53,938 nt of DNA from a virus (lineage: Duplodnaviria; Caudoviricetes), in IMG/VR virus record IMGVR_UViG_3300048583_000290, positions 1 through 53,938 of that record. One strand, given 5' to 3'. The position numbers and the translations under genes were made by a program. Of the stretch, positions 8,638-18,008 are shown one piece after another; position 1 is the stretch's first letter; each line of letters opens with the position of its first letter. The notes under the pieces were generated by a model. It did not search any database. It saw nothing but the letters and a program-made list of their open reading frames with translations, and was not told the origin of the DNA.

Positions 8638-9465
8638 TCAGAACCTGCTGTCATCGCCGCCTTCGGCAGTCTGTTCGTAGTTGGCGCGAACGGTGCCGGC
8701 GGCCAGCGCCGCGTTGAACGCCTTTGCCCGGTCATAGATTGCCTTGTTCGTGACAAAGCCGTTCTGCGCGAAGCGGATGCCGTGCCACGAACCCTGGTCG
8801 TTTGATTCAGGCACCGTGGTGGCATGGACGACGTTCGCAAAGGTCGGCGGGTTGAGGCCATTGACGACCACTTGCCGCAGCATCGACATCAGCTGCCGTG
8901 ACTTCTTGATTTGGGTTGATGCCAGAGCGATGAGCACTTCGCTGACCGCCCCATCGACCATCATCAGGCAGTAGTGTGACCGGGTATCGCTGAGCCGGTC
9001 ACTGCGCTTGGGGTCAGGCGTTTCATCCTTGTTGGCAACGACATACAGACGGCCATCCAGTTCCTTGACGATGCCATCAGCCTGCATCTTGTCAACCTGT
9101 TCAGGCAGATAGATGCCCTTCAGACCGCCGCCTTCACCACCGCGCGGCCCCCAGCGCAGAATACGGCGTTCAAAGGAACACGGCACCAGGTCGATGCCCT
9201 TTTCCTTGCCGTCATACAGCCGCCCACTGACGGTGTCGAGGAACATGCCCGGCTTTGCGCCTTCGATGTATGCGCCATCATCCTCATCGCACTGCGGCGA
9301 CCCCTTCTGGAGAATGCGGATGAACGGGATGGCAAAGGTTTCGCTGTCCGCGCCTTCCATCCCCTTGCCGGCATCGGATTGCCAGTCCACTCCGCCAGCT
9401 TCGACCAATGCGGTCGTCTTCACTTCTTCTTCAACCGGCTTCCCGGCCACGTCTTTGCCTGCCAT
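8638..9465 (-). CDS. Putative single-stranded DNA-binding protein
   Basis: IPFIRILQKGSPQ and N..GSWHG motifs, acidic tail ending in Phe, replication-module context. Confidence 0.65.
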   Translation of the reverse strand: MAGKDVAGKPVEEEVKTTALVEAGGVDWQSDAGKGMEGADSETFAIPFIRILQKGSPQCDEDDGAYIEGAKPGMFLDTVSGRLYDGKEKGIDLVPCSFERRILRWGPRGGEGGGLKGIYLPEQVDKMQADGIVKELDGRLYVVANKDETPDPKRSDRLSDTRSHYCLMMVDGAVSEVLIALASTQIKKSRQLMSMLRQVVVNGLNPPTFANVVHATTVPESNDQGSWHGIRFAQNGFVTNKAIYDRAKAFNAALAAGTVRANYEQTAEGGDDSRF

Positions 9466-9473
9466 TGCTTAGC

Positions 9474-9977
9474 TCACTTTCCTGCTTTGATTACCGCCTC
9501 AACGAATGGGAATATGGAGAAGCAGTCGGGCGGCAACTGCTCTCCATTTTCAATCCGCTCCCTCGCCCATGATTTGAGGGTCATCGGATGAACTGTTGTC
9601 TTGCCTTCGCACTCATAGCCCAAACCGGCCAGCTTCTCTGCGGCCTCGGTTGCGCGTTCGCGGTCTGTTCCGGCAAAGATGAGTTTCAGCTCTGTGCGGA
9701 CGATGCCGCCAAAGCCGTTAGCATCGAGGAACGCAACGGCCCCTTCATTGTCAACGATTGATGCTGTGCACTGATTGCGCAGGTCGATGGTCGTGCCGTC
9801 ATCGAGCTTGATTTTGGTGACGCCGACCTCATCCATAATCTCCGGGATGCGCTCGCGGGTCAGCGTTTTCAGGGCGTTAGCCGCCGCCTCTGCTTCTTCT
9901 TGAAGCATTGTCAGCTTGGATTTCAGCGCAGACGCCTCATCGACCGCCGTGCGCAGACGGTCTTTCAAGTCACTCAT
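9474..9977 (-). CDS. Conserved replication-module protein
   Basis: N-terminal coiled coil, IPEIMDE.G and VHPMTLKSW motifs; lies upstream of the SSB. Confidence 0.7.
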   Translation of the reverse strand: MSDLKDRLRTAVDEASALKSKLTMLQEEAEAAANALKTLTRERIPEIMDEVGVTKIKLDDGTTIDLRNQCTASIVDNEGAVAFLDANGFGGIVRTELKLIFAGTDRERATEAAEKLAGLGYECEGKTTVHPMTLKSWARERIENGEQLPPDCFSIFPFVEAVIKAGK

Positions 9978-10094
9978 AAATTCCCCTATAGCTCCACCGG
10001 CATGAACCGGGCGACTATAATCCGCCTATTCCGGCGCACCGGGAAGCGATATTAGTGAGTGCGCAAAGTTAATCCTGCGGCCATTGAACGACTT

Positions 10095-10382
10095 TCATTC
10101 CACGTCACCTCGATTGACCAACAGGATGGCACCGACCGCTTTGCCTAATCCCGTTGGCTTGTAAAGGTTGCTGTAGGCATCCTCTCGAAAGCCGGGGTTC
10201 ATCGACCATTCAACTAGCCAGCCATTCGTGATGCCTTCGCTGACTTTGCCGCACAACCCGCTCAAAAGCGTGTCAACCAGCCCAGAATCATTCGTGCGTG
10301 TCGAGCCGCGCTCGCAGCACCTGATGAGCGCATCGGCTTCGAGTGGCGTCAGCTCTGATGCGATTGCGTTGGCGTCCATCAT
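10095..10382 (-). CDS. Hypothetical protein (possible wHTH)
   Basis: Coupled ORF; PT.LGKAV tail. Confidence 0.6.
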   Translation of the reverse strand: MMDANAIASELTPLEADALIRCCERGSTRTNDSGLVDTLLSGLCGKVSEGITNGWLVEWSMNPGFREDAYSNLYKPTGLGKAVGAILLVNRGDVE

Positions 10383-10639
10383 TTCACCTTCGGCTTGATA
10401 GCAAAAACATTGTCGCCGACCACTTCATACCGGCTCTTCAAAGTCGGCTGCGGCTCGTCAACGTCATCGTCGCATTCAATCTGCGCTCGCTGTTCAGCGT
10501 CTGCGATAAGCCACGCCGCGTCCTTGGCGACAGCCGCGCTGGCCTCCACCGCTTTGCCGGCGCTCATCAATGCTCGACCAATAATCTGCGCGACGGCGAC
10601 AGCCGCGACGGCCCCAATCAGCGTTTCAACGATACTCAT
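10379..10639 (-). CDS. Hypothetical membrane-anchored protein
   Basis: Hydrophobic N-terminus, RBS. Confidence 0.6.
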   Translation of the reverse strand: MSIVETLIGAVAAVAVAQIIGRALMSAGKAVEASAAVAKDAAWLIADAEQRAQIECDDDVDEPQPTLKSRYEVVGDNVFAIKPKVK

Positions 10640-10649
10640 TGCAATCCCC

Positions 10650-10937
10650 TCAATCTGCGGTGCGCGCTGTCACATAGAATTTCTCGGATGATGGCTCGCG
10701 CCAGTTGGCTTCGAGTTCACCGGGGCGAAGCGTCTGGCGCATCATCTTGTCGCAGACGTGCTGGCAGTAATCGCGGTCAAGATACTCCCAGCAGAAGTGC
10801 ACCAGGCCAAATGGATGCGTCCACTGGATGCGCCAAAGCTGGTCGCCGACCTTGGTTTTCGGGGTGCCACGCTTCGCACGCGTGTCGCGGGTCTGCGTCC
10901 AGGGGATGACGGCAAAGGTGTTTGGTTGCTGTGTCAT
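10650..10937 (-). CDS. Hypothetical protein
   Basis: TAATG coupling. Confidence 0.6.
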   Translation of the reverse strand: MTQQPNTFAVIPWTQTRDTRAKRGTPKTKVGDQLWRIQWTHPFGLVHFCWEYLDRDYCQHVCDKMMRQTLRPGELEANWREPSSEKFYVTARTAD

Positions 10938-11257
10938 TATCGTTGCCACTCCGCTGCGGCCACAAGCAGGCCAGCTTTGAATTGTTCCGCTGCGCGCTTT
11001 TCGGCCTCTGCGGCCAGCGCCAAGTCGAGGTGTTGGTGGACATACGCCTTCAGTGCCTCTTCATCGCCAACCTTGAGAGCCGCGATGCAGTCGGTCACGC
11101 ATTCGGGGATTTGCCATCCGCCGCTCATCCGCTGCGTGCGCTTCGGCAGTGCTTTCCATGCTTGGTAAGCTGCCGCGCAGAGCTTGATGTTGATGGCGTA
11201 GCACCGGCTGTAAACAGTCGATGCGCCGGGCCACGTTGGGAGATTATCGTTTGCCAT
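10937..11257 (-). CDS. Hypothetical protein
   Basis: Coupled ORF. Confidence 0.6.
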   Translation of the reverse strand: MANDNLPTWPGASTVYSRCYAINIKLCAAAYQAWKALPKRTQRMSGGWQIPECVTDCIAALKVGDEEALKAYVHQHLDLALAAEAEKRAAEQFKAGLLVAAAEWQR

Positions 11258-11258
11258 T

Positions 11259-11435
11259 TCAGTCAACCCACCGACCGTTGTAGAGGATGCCGACGATGTC
11301 CGGGTTCGCGCGGCAATACGCTTTGGCCGCCGAATAGATGGACGGGCCGCTGATGGTCGTCTTGATGTTGTTCGAGTGCTTGTCGTCCAAAGCAATCTCG
11401 ACTTTGAAATCGTGAACTTTCTGGGGGATAGGCAT
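11259..11435 (-). CDS. Hypothetical 58-aa early protein (MPIPQKVHDF...; not in ORF track)
   Basis: GAAGGA RBS after promoter and hairpin; open frame to TGA at 11259-11261. Confidence 0.65.
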   Translation of the reverse strand: MPIPQKVHDFKVEIALDDKHSNNIKTTISGPSIYSAAKAYCRANPDIVGILYNGRWVD

Positions 11436-11449
11436 TACAGGTTCCTTCT

Positions 11450-11500
11450 GCCGGCACCGCGCCGACGCCTTCCTTATCCGATATTTTCACTGCTAAGCAA
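11450..11500 (-). promoter_or_regulatory. Early promoter plus GCGGU leader hairpin
   Basis: TTGCTT...GATAAGG, then GTCGGC-GCGGT-GCCGGC, then GAAGGA. Confidence 0.65.
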
Positions 11501-11502
11501 AG

Positions 11503-11754
11503 TTATTTTTTTGACGGCAGCCAATGTGTCGGTGGCGGAAAGCTGTAGCGCCGGTCTTCATTCAGCCACCTTGGCGTGTCGGCATATGCGATGTCTGCCG
11601 GGCCGTTTTCATCGTCATGCCGCATCGGTGAATCATCGCTGTTAATGTTCCAGACCGCCCAACCTTCGGCAATCTTCTGCCTTCGATGAACGCGCTTCAC
11701 CCACTGGCGGCTGCCATCCTTCGGTGCCTCGGCAATCGGTCGCCAATCAGCCAT
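11503..11754 (-). CDS. DUF551-like hypothetical protein
   Basis: WRPIAEAPKDG...PTHWLP signature. Confidence 0.7.
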   Translation of the reverse strand: MADWRPIAEAPKDGSRQWVKRVHRRQKIAEGWAVWNINSDDSPMRHDDENGPADIAYADTPRWLNEDRRYSFPPPTHWLPSKK

Positions 11755-11941
11755 CGTTCTTCTCCAACCTGTTTTGAATTCGCACCAAAGCACCGCGTGC
11801 GATGACGGCGCAAATGTGCGCATCAGGCGGGTCGTGCGGCTCTGGGTGGCCGATTGCGTTTAGTGAAATCTTGGCCTCTGCCAAAGCCCCTTCCAGCCGC
11901 GCAATTCGGGCATTGAGAAGTTCAAGGTGTCGCATAGTCAC
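11747..11941 (-). CDS. Hypothetical protein
   Basis: Coupled ORF, coiled coil. Confidence 0.55.
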   Translation of the reverse strand: MTMRHLELLNARIARLEGALAEAKISLNAIGHPEPHDPPDAHICAVIARGALVRIQNRLEKNDG

Positions 11942-12153
11942 TGGTCTGCAATCCTCGTTGGCGGAACCTTGCAGGTATGCGCTTTGAACTGCGGCAATCG
12001 AACAGCCACTTCAAAATGGCGGCCAGCGACCATCATCCCTGGGGCCGTCAAGTCGCGGCGCGGTCGCCAGACGAAAAAGAAGTGATACCAGTCAGGGCCG
12101 CGCAACACGTCGCGCCCGATGAAGGCCATGAACAGAGAGGTCTGAATACCCAT
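11938..12153 (-). CDS. Hypothetical protein
   Basis: TGATG coupling to the ligase; N-terminal QTSLF. Confidence 0.55.
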   Translation of the reverse strand: MGIQTSLFMAFIGRDVLRGPDWYHFFFVWRPRRDLTAPGMMVAGRHFEVAVRLPQFKAHTCKVPPTRIADQ

Positions 12154-13088
12154 CACATATCCTCGCGTTGCCGGAATGACTGCCACGTTGGGAAGCGCGG
12201 CTTGTCCTTGATGCCTTTGGGGAAGAATTTGGCTTTGTGGAGCTTCGCTTTGAACTCCTCTTGGTTGGCAAAGAAATAGCGGCGTTGGTCGTGCGACAGG
12301 CAACCGGCGCCAACCCGCACTTGCTGGCCTGCCTCGAACAGCACCTTGTCACCGTCTTTGACGACACCGACTGTGCGGCCAATCATCGCGCCAATCATCC
12401 CGTTGGCAACTTTGTTTTCCTGGTGGCTCGAACGGAATGTGCGGCCCAGCTCATTGATTTGGGCTTCATTCTGGTTCTCCTCACCTTCGATGATTTCATC
12501 CACGAGGAATTCAAAATCAACAAACCGCTTGATGCGCCATTTGATGAGCTGTTTGCCAGCCCGCCCTTCCTTGTGCGCCGCTGCCGGGCCGCAGATGACG
12601 GTGCCTTCAAAGCCGGCAAGCAAATTCTCGGTGTCGAACGCCTCAAGCTCTTCCAAGCTGTAAATGACCCGACACGGCATAATCCGCAGGTGAACTTCAA
12701 AGTTTGGATATTCCTCGCTGACTTGGCGCACCCTGTCTGCCAGCTGCAGCAAACGATGCTCATAGCCCGCATTTCGGTTGTCATCGGTGACATAGTCGAA
12801 CAGCCACCAGACGATGTGCGGCTCACCGTCGATTGTCCCGGTCGCTGAACTGGTCATCCGGCACAAATCGGGGTGGTTGTTCGGCCCCGCCGCAAATTCG
12901 CCATCGAAGCCGATGAGCGCCGGGTGACTGAACCGGGCCGTCAAATAGCGGTTCTTGAACGGCTTGAGCGAACGCGCTGTCAGGTTGCCGTTGAGGTTCA
13001 GCGCCCGCACACCATCGACTTTTGGCTGGGCGATAAGTGGGAAGCGCAACCTGTTCGGCTGCCAGTCGTCAAGTAGGTGCGGCTTCAT
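12153..13088 (-). CDS. lig: ATP-dependent DNA ligase
   Basis: Motif I PKVDGVR, FDGE, LFD, FEG, WRIKRF, C-terminal PRFP. Confidence 0.92.
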   Translation of the reverse strand: MKPHLLDDWQPNRLRFPLIAQPKVDGVRALNLNGNLTARSLKPFKNRYLTARFSHPALIGFDGEFAAGPNNHPDLCRMTSSATGTIDGEPHIVWWLFDYVTDDNRNAGYEHRLLQLADRVRQVSEEYPNFEVHLRIMPCRVIYSLEELEAFDTENLLAGFEGTVICGPAAAHKEGRAGKQLIKWRIKRFVDFEFLVDEIIEGEENQNEAQINELGRTFRSSHQENKVANGMIGAMIGRTVGVVKDGDKVLFEAGQQVRVGAGCLSHDQRRYFFANQEEFKAKLHKAKFFPKGIKDKPRFPTWQSFRQREDM

Positions 13089-13288
13089 TATCCCAAGTCT
13101 CCATTCTGGGCGGACAATTCTTCTTCCAGCGCCGGCAGGATGAGGTTGACACAGTGGTCATAACCCTTCATATAATCCTCTGCCAGCAGGCAACTTCCCT
13201 CGGCGGCATACACGCCGGCATCGCCGTAATGCTTCTGAAGCTCGGAATGGACATCCTGCTTTGCGCGTTCTTCTGGTGATTCAGTCAT
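13088..13288 (-). CDS. Hypothetical protein
   Basis: AGGAG RBS, TAATG coupling. Confidence 0.6.
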   Translation of the reverse strand: MTESPEERAKQDVHSELQKHYGDAGVYAAEGSCLLAEDYMKGYDHCVNLILPALEEELSAQNGDLG

Positions 13289-13421
13289 GAACGTCACTCC
13301 TGTCAAAGCCAACTTGAACGACGGTGCCAAACTGCCAGTATTGCGGGAAGTTGATGCGCACCCAGAAGCGCCAGGCATAGGCTTCCCATGCCGTTGCGCC
13401 GCGAAATGCTCCCCACTTCAC
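13281..13421 (-). CDS. Small Trp-rich hypothetical protein (46 aa; not in ORF track)
   Basis: GTGA coupling; fills the gap in the operon. Confidence 0.45.
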   Translation of the reverse strand: MKWGAFRGATAWEAYAWRFWVRINFPQYWQFGTVVQVGFDRSDVHD

Positions 13422-13861
13422 AGCAGATGCTCCAGTAAGGTGATGGCATTATGCTGATTTTCGGCATCGAGCCGCGCTCGCTTCTTCCGCCAGCTTCTGG
13501 CGCGCAAAGATAAGATTTGGCCAACAACTATTTGCGCTTCATCAACATTGAGTTCAACGCTGCGGTATTTTGGCAAGCCTGGCATCCCGATGCTCAACTT
13601 GAGATGCTTCAGCTTGTGGACGCTGAAGCTGATTTCAAGGCTTGCATCAGAGCGCTCATTGAAAAGCGAAACTTCAATCACGCGCGACTTGTCAGCTATC
13701 TTCAGCTCAAATGAGCAGCGCGACGATGCTTCAATATATTTGTCTGCTGCCGGCAAGCTGGCAATCTGAATCGCAAGCAAATTTGCGAAAATAGATGTTG
13801 GAGTTGGCAGATTTGCTTCTGCCATCGCGTCTGATACTGGACGCCTTTTCCAGAATTTCAC
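13418..13861 (-). CDS. Hypothetical protein
   Basis: GTGA coupling with the upstream gene. Confidence 0.55.
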   Translation of the reverse strand: MKFWKRRPVSDAMAEANLPTPTSIFANLLAIQIASLPAADKYIEASSRCSFELKIADKSRVIEVSLFNERSDASLEISFSVHKLKHLKLSIGMPGLPKYRSVELNVDEAQIVVGQILSLRARSWRKKRARLDAENQHNAITLLEHLL

Positions 13862-14328
13862 GCCGCCAACCTTTCCACGTTGCGGGCGCACTCTGGCCCG
13901 ATGCCAGACTCAATGCTGCTCGGCACCGTCAACTTGCGATTGCAACGGCAGCACCGGCCTTCGTGCCAAAACTGAACGCCAACCGGCATCCGCTGCCGGG
14001 CAACGTGGTCATAGACATACTGGAACGCGCGCTGCGGCACCGTCAATTCCTGCAACTTGGTGCGCTTCGCGTTGAACTTGTATTCGGCGTTGGCCCGGTT
14101 GTATGACAGGAAGCCGATGTAGGTATATGACGACTCGTTGTCGCTGCCGGTGAGCAGGGATATGAACAAGACTGGCGTATTTGGATTGCGCTGTTCCTGC
14201 GGCTCGCGGGTCTTAAAGGTGTAGCGAACGCCTGTGCGCTCGCTCACCACCGTATATGTTGCGTTGGAGCCGCAGATGAAGGCGTGCGCGGCGGCGGCAT
14301 CGGAAAGTTGGCGGCGGGTTTCAGTCAC
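13858..14328 (-). CDS. DUF6011-like Zn-finger protein
   Basis: GRCCRCNRKLTVPSSIESGIGPECA. Confidence 0.8.
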   Translation of the reverse strand: MTETRRQLSDAAAAHAFICGSNATYTVVSERTGVRYTFKTREPQEQRNPNTPVLFISLLTGSDNESSYTYIGFLSYNRANAEYKFNAKRTKLQELTVPQRAFQYVYDHVARQRMPVGVQFWHEGRCCRCNRKLTVPSSIESGIGPECARNVERLAA

Positions 14329-14534
14329 GACCAACGCTCCACACCGAGTGCGTCGCTGAGGACATTGATGCGATGATACTTGTCGGCGTTGCGCACCTTC
14401 CAAGCGTCCCACTGCGGCCCCGGCCCATTAGCCATAAACAGCCGGTTGATTTCGCTTTTGGCTTCCTGAAGCTGCTGCATGAGGATGGGCTTGATGAGAG
14501 TGATTTGTTCTTCAGTAAGATTGTCGAGAGCCAT
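14325..14534 (-). CDS. Hypothetical early protein
   Basis: GAAGGA RBS. Confidence 0.65.
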   Translation of the reverse strand: MALDNLTEEQITLIKPILMQQLQEAKSEINRLFMANGPGPQWDAWKVRNADKYHRINVLSDALGVERWS

Positions 14535-14555
14535 TTCAAGTCCTTCTGTCGTCGT

Positions 14556-14612
14556 GGCAACACCGCGCCGCCTTGACAACCCCTTTTAGGCGCTCCGCTT
14601 TGAGCGGCAAAG
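14556..14612 (-). promoter_or_regulatory. Early promoter plus GCGGU leader hairpin
   Basis: TTGCCG-N16-TAAAAG, then GGCGGC-GCGGT-GTTGCC. Confidence 0.65.
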
Positions 14613-14793
14613 CGTTTTTAGTGAATAACTCAAAAATAGTTTGGTCAAACGTCCGCCTTCGCTATCGGTCGGGCCTAGCCGCGCCCCTTGATATATCGAG
14701 CGGGAACAAGCCCCTAGCGCCTCGCGCGCCTTCCGGCCCCTAACCCCTAGCCTATCGGTCGCGGCGCTCTAGCCCGCCTTCTAGGCCGCTTTA

Positions 14794-15282
14794 TCACCAT
14801 TGCCCGAATTGCGGCACAGCGCGTCCACCCCAGGTCGGCAATCGCTTATCTGTTGACCAGCGGCGCGCCAAATATGCGCGATAGGCTTCATGGACTGGCA
14901 GATGCGTGAAGTCCAGCTTATGCTCGCCGTTGCGCGCTGAGTTCTGGAAAGACGTTGGGCGGTCGCCGCAAATCGAGTTGAGAACTTCATCATTGATGGT
15001 CGAAAGCATATCTTCAATCGGTCCAGCGCAGGCGTGGACGCGGCCATATCTGACGAAATAGATGTCGCACAAAGCCATACCGTGCCGCCACAGCCAAGCA
15101 GCATTGGCCCGCGTTGCACAAGCCCAAATCGCACACGGATGGTTCTGGTGCGTCGGCTTGTATGGCCCGTTGACCGCCATACTGAGCAGCTGCGCCGTCT
15201 CCAGAATCATCTTGATGACGCGCTTGTCATCGAGCGCCTGTGCCGATGCCACTGGGCAATCTGATGTCGCAAAGATGTTCAT
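14794..15282 (-). CDS. Pyrimidine-dimer DNA glycosylase / endonuclease V family protein
   Basis: MNIF...A..LDDKRV.KMILE.AQLLS...THQNHPC..W signature. Confidence 0.8.
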   Translation of the reverse strand: MNIFATSDCPVASAQALDDKRVIKMILETAQLLSMAVNGPYKPTHQNHPCAIWACATRANAAWLWRHGMALCDIYFVRYGRVHACAGPIEDMLSTINDEVLNSICGDRPTSFQNSARNGEHKLDFTHLPVHEAYRAYLARRWSTDKRLPTWGGRAVPQFGQW

Positions 15283-15482
15283 CGGCAGAGCACTGCTATC
15301 ATCGCAGCGTTGGCGTCAGCCGGTATGCGACCGAAAGCAACGCCAGCGAAGTCCAGTGCGTGGGCGATGGCCGCAGCAATCTGCTCGTCTTTGCAGGTCG
15401 CAATCTGCTCGCCATCGAGCAGCACTTTTGTGCCATCGGTCATCAATCGTTCAGATGAGGTCGCAGGGTCAGTTCGCATCAT
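15279..15482 (-). CDS. Hypothetical protein
   Basis: GGAG RBS, coupled ORF. Confidence 0.6.
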   Translation of the reverse strand: MMRTDPATSSERLMTDGTKVLLDGEQIATCKDEQIAAAIAHALDFAGVAFGRIPADANAAMIAVLCR

Positions 15483-15829
15483 TCGTCTCCATAGTGTGGG
15501 TGGCCGGGGATGGTGAACCCTTCGCATTCATCCCAAATGCGCAGCTTCCGCCAATCGGCCTCGGTGATTTCATCGAAGCCGTCATTGAGCATGTTCCAGC
15601 CATAAATTGATAGGTCGATGCCGCGCGGCGAGATTGGCGAGCGGTCTTTTGTCCTGCTCAAATCCATCATATGGATGCCGCCTTCATCATCCTTCCAGGC
15701 GACGACATAGTAGCAGGTGACGTCATCGCCTTTGATGCGGTCGATGCGGTCGATGGCGTATTGAGCGATGCCATACGCTTTCAGATAGCCGAACAGTTCG
15801 GGCCAATCTTTCTGCTTGCACTTTGCCAT
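15479..15829 (-). CDS. Hypothetical protein
   Basis: Coupled ORF. Confidence 0.6.
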   Translation of the reverse strand: MAKCKQKDWPELFGYLKAYGIAQYAIDRIDRIKGDDVTCYYVVAWKDDEGGIHMMDLSRTKDRSPISPRGIDLSIYGWNMLNDGFDEITEADWRKLRIWDECEGFTIPGHPHYGDE

Positions 15830-15830
15830 G

Positions 15831-16052
15831 TCACCCTGCCACGCACATGCGGTGATGAAGCCCATAGTCCAGCGCCTTGAGGCCGATGGCGACCGGAAAG
15901 AAACGGCCATCAGTCGTTGCGGCGATGAGAAAATGGACGGGCCATTCGGCCTTGATTTCTGCCTTGGCCTTTTTGACTGCGTTGGCATAGGTCGCATATG
16001 ATTGCGGCGGCTGACCGAAGGTGCCGTTGCCGTCCCAAAGATGCTTGCTCAT
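15831..16052 (-). CDS. Hypothetical early protein
   Basis: GAAGGA RBS; DGRFFPV motif. Confidence 0.65.
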   Translation of the reverse strand: MSKHLWDGNGTFGQPPQSYATYANAVKKAKAEIKAEWPVHFLIAATTDGRFFPVAIGLKALDYGLHHRMCVAG

Positions 16053-16069
16053 TTTCAAATCCTTCTGCT

Positions 16070-16125
16070 AGGTGGCACCGCGCCGCCTGACCAGACCCTT
16101 GTAAGGCCAAAGCAAAGAAAAGCAA
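16070..16125 (-). promoter_or_regulatory. Early promoter plus GCGGU leader hairpin
   Basis: TTGCTT-N16-TACAAG, then AGGCGGC-GCGGT-GCCACCT. Confidence 0.65.
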
Positions 16126-16152
16126 ACAACTTTTTTTGCTCCAGCCAAAGAT

Positions 16153-16404
16153 TTATTCTGCGGCTCGCCATTGCCGACCGTCGAGCCAGAGCTGACTGTC
16201 GCCATCAATCCAGACAACAATGATTTCATCGCCGGCAAGCCATCGCCAACCGATGCCGAAAAATCCAGCGATGGTTTTCGTCACGCTGTCGAGAGCCTCA
16301 TCTGCCATCTTTTCATCTGGCTTGAGCCGCGCATAGAGATTGTCGCAGGCGATGACGAACGCCTTTTCTGCCTGCGACTGGGCCTGGGTTGGAACGGCGC
16401 TCAT
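16153..16404 (-). CDS. Hypothetical protein
   Basis: ATGA coupling. Confidence 0.6.
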   Translation of the reverse strand: MSAVPTQAQSQAEKAFVIACDNLYARLKPDEKMADEALDSVTKTIAGFFGIGWRWLAGDEIIVVWIDGDSQLWLDGRQWRAAE

Positions 16405-16718
16405 CCTTGGGTGTTCTTCGCGCATTCGATTGCGATTGCAACCATGTCTTGATAATAATCACCGCGTATGAAATCAGCAGCACTTTCATAGCAGCAGCCA
16501 CCGAGATAATCTTCACCGAGCGTAATGCCGTCTTTTTTGGCTGCCACGCGAGCGGTGAACCACATCAAAGTCCCGTTCGCAATTCTATTGAAAATTTCTT
16601 GGTCTGCTTCTGGATTTCCGCTGCAAAAATGCTCAGCAGGGTCAGTATTTTCCGGCCCAAATTCAAGAACAATTTCAAAGCCTTCGCGGCTTTCCGTGTG
16701 AGCAACGTCCCAAGACAT
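16401..16718 (-). CDS. Hypothetical early protein
   Basis: GAAGGA RBS; LGEDYLGGCCY. Confidence 0.7.
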   Translation of the reverse strand: MSWDVAHTESREGFEIVLEFGPENTDPAEHFCSGNPEADQEIFNRIANGTLMWFTARVAAKKDGITLGEDYLGGCCYESAADFIRGDYYQDMVAIAIECAKNTQG

Positions 16719-16737
16719 TTCAAATCCTTCCGCGTCT

Positions 16738-16793
16738 GACGGCACCGCGCCGCCCGAACACCTTTCTTCTAGGCGATAGGAAATGCTAAGCAA
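16738..16793 (-). promoter_or_regulatory. Early promoter plus GCGGU leader hairpin
   Basis: TTGCTT-N16-TAGAAG, then GGCGGC-GCGGT-GCCGTC. Confidence 0.65.
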
Positions 16794-16812
16794 ACAGTTT
16801 TTATTGATGCGT

Positions 16813-17040
16813 TCAAACTCTATCGCGCAGCCCATTATTGATGGCCGTTCGCAGCTTGTCCATCTGGTCAGCCGACTGCGGCGCATTGATAATCGCTCGG
16901 CATTCACGGAGTGCTGTAATCAACTGCGCTATTCGCTGGTCTTTGACCGCCATTTTGCCTTGCAGCATCGACAATGATGCGTTCGCGGCAATAAGCTCTG
17001 AACGCGCCCGCATTTCATTTTCGTTGGGCTCACTCCGCAT
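16813..17040 (-). CDS. Hypothetical coiled-coil protein
   Basis: GAGG RBS. Confidence 0.55.
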   Translation of the reverse strand: MRSEPNENEMRARSELIAANASLSMLQGKMAVKDQRIAQLITALRECRAIINAPQSADQMDKLRTAINNGLRDRV

Positions 17041-17254
17041 CGGCCTCGACCTTTGTTTTGAGGTATGGAACTCCCCAGTCATCCTCGCCAGCGTTGCCAA
17101 AGACCGGGCTGATGCTGATGCTTTTGACCGGCGCCAACGTCACTGGTTTTGAGCAACATTCTGTTGTGACGCGCACCGACCGGTCATACGTCATCGCATT
17201 GTGCCATGCCCGCGCCGGATACAGCAACGTTCCTTTGCAGTGCGGGCAAATCAT
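17030..17254 (-). CDS. Zn-ribbon hypothetical protein
   Basis: CPHC...ECC. Confidence 0.6.
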   Translation of the reverse strand: MICPHCKGTLLYPARAWHNAMTYDRSVRVTTECCSKPVTLAPVKSISISPVFGNAGEDDWGVPYLKTKVEADAE

Positions 17255-17460
17255 CACCACTCCCGGTCTTTGACGCGCTTGCCAATCGTCCACGCGCCGT
17301 TTTCAAACTCGCCTTCAAAGAAGGCTTTGTATTCATTCTTCATCGCCTTCCGCAGTTCTTTGCTCGGTGTGAATTGCGTAGCGTTTACGCGACCGTTGGC
17401 GTAAGCCAGCCAATAATGGCCGATGATTGGTCGCTGGACTTTGATGATTGTCTTTTCCAT
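17254..17460 (-). CDS. Hypothetical protein
   Basis: GGAG RBS. Confidence 0.65.
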   Translation of the reverse strand: MEKTIIKVQRPIIGHYWLAYANGRVNATQFTPSKELRKAMKNEYKAFFEGEFENGAWTIGKRVKDREW

Positions 17461-17463
17461 TGG

Positions 17464-17577
17464 CTACTCCATCACCAATTTGAACAGCCATCGAGCAAGA
17501 ATGAACCATCCATAGCCGGCAAATGCAACGCAGGCCGCCAGAGCGATTGCGGTGAGGATGCGTTCGCCGTTATGCAC
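17464..17577 (-). CDS. Small membrane peptide
   Basis: One hydrophobic segment; fills the operon gap. Confidence 0.45.
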   Translation of the reverse strand: MHNGERILTAIALAACVAFAGYGWFILARWLFKLVME

Positions 17578-17824
17578 GCCCAAAATCCCACATCGAGGCA
17601 GCCGCGCCGTTGCGCCGGAACCGATACAGCCAGAAGTGGCCATCCTCATTGACGGCCACCATAAAGATGGCAGCGACCGCTTTGCCGCTGTTGCGCAGAG
17701 CGTCCTGCGCTGTTGCCTGCGCGGCACGGCGTGTCGGAATTGAAGCGATGTTTTCAGGACGAAAAATGTCCCGAATGTGCTCTTCATCGAAGTATTGAAG
17801 AGCCGCGTGGCCGTCAACCGGCAT
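17570..17824 (-). CDS. Hypothetical protein
   Basis: Overlapping operon ORF. Confidence 0.55.
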   Translation of the reverse strand: MPVDGHAALQYFDEEHIRDIFRPENIASIPTRRAAQATAQDALRNSGKAVAAIFMVAVNEDGHFWLYRFRRNGAAASMWDFGRA

Positions 17825-18008
17825 TTTCGGAAACATTGGACTTCCCTTTCTTCAAATCTGCTGCGTATTTGATGAGCGCCTCGAACACTGCCGGTTCAAG
17901 AGCGATGACGCGATTGGCGTGATGATTTGCGGCCAGCCAAATCTGATAGCCATCAAAACTGGCATAGACGCCGTCACCAAGATATTGTTGCCGTTCGTCG
18001 GGCATCAC
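17814..18008 (-). CDS. Hypothetical protein
   Basis: YLGDGVYA.FDGYQIWL...IALEP motif recalled from small phage proteins. Confidence 0.75.
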   Translation of the reverse strand: MMPDERQQYLGDGVYASFDGYQIWLAANHHANRVIALEPAVFEALIKYAADLKKGKSNVSENAG

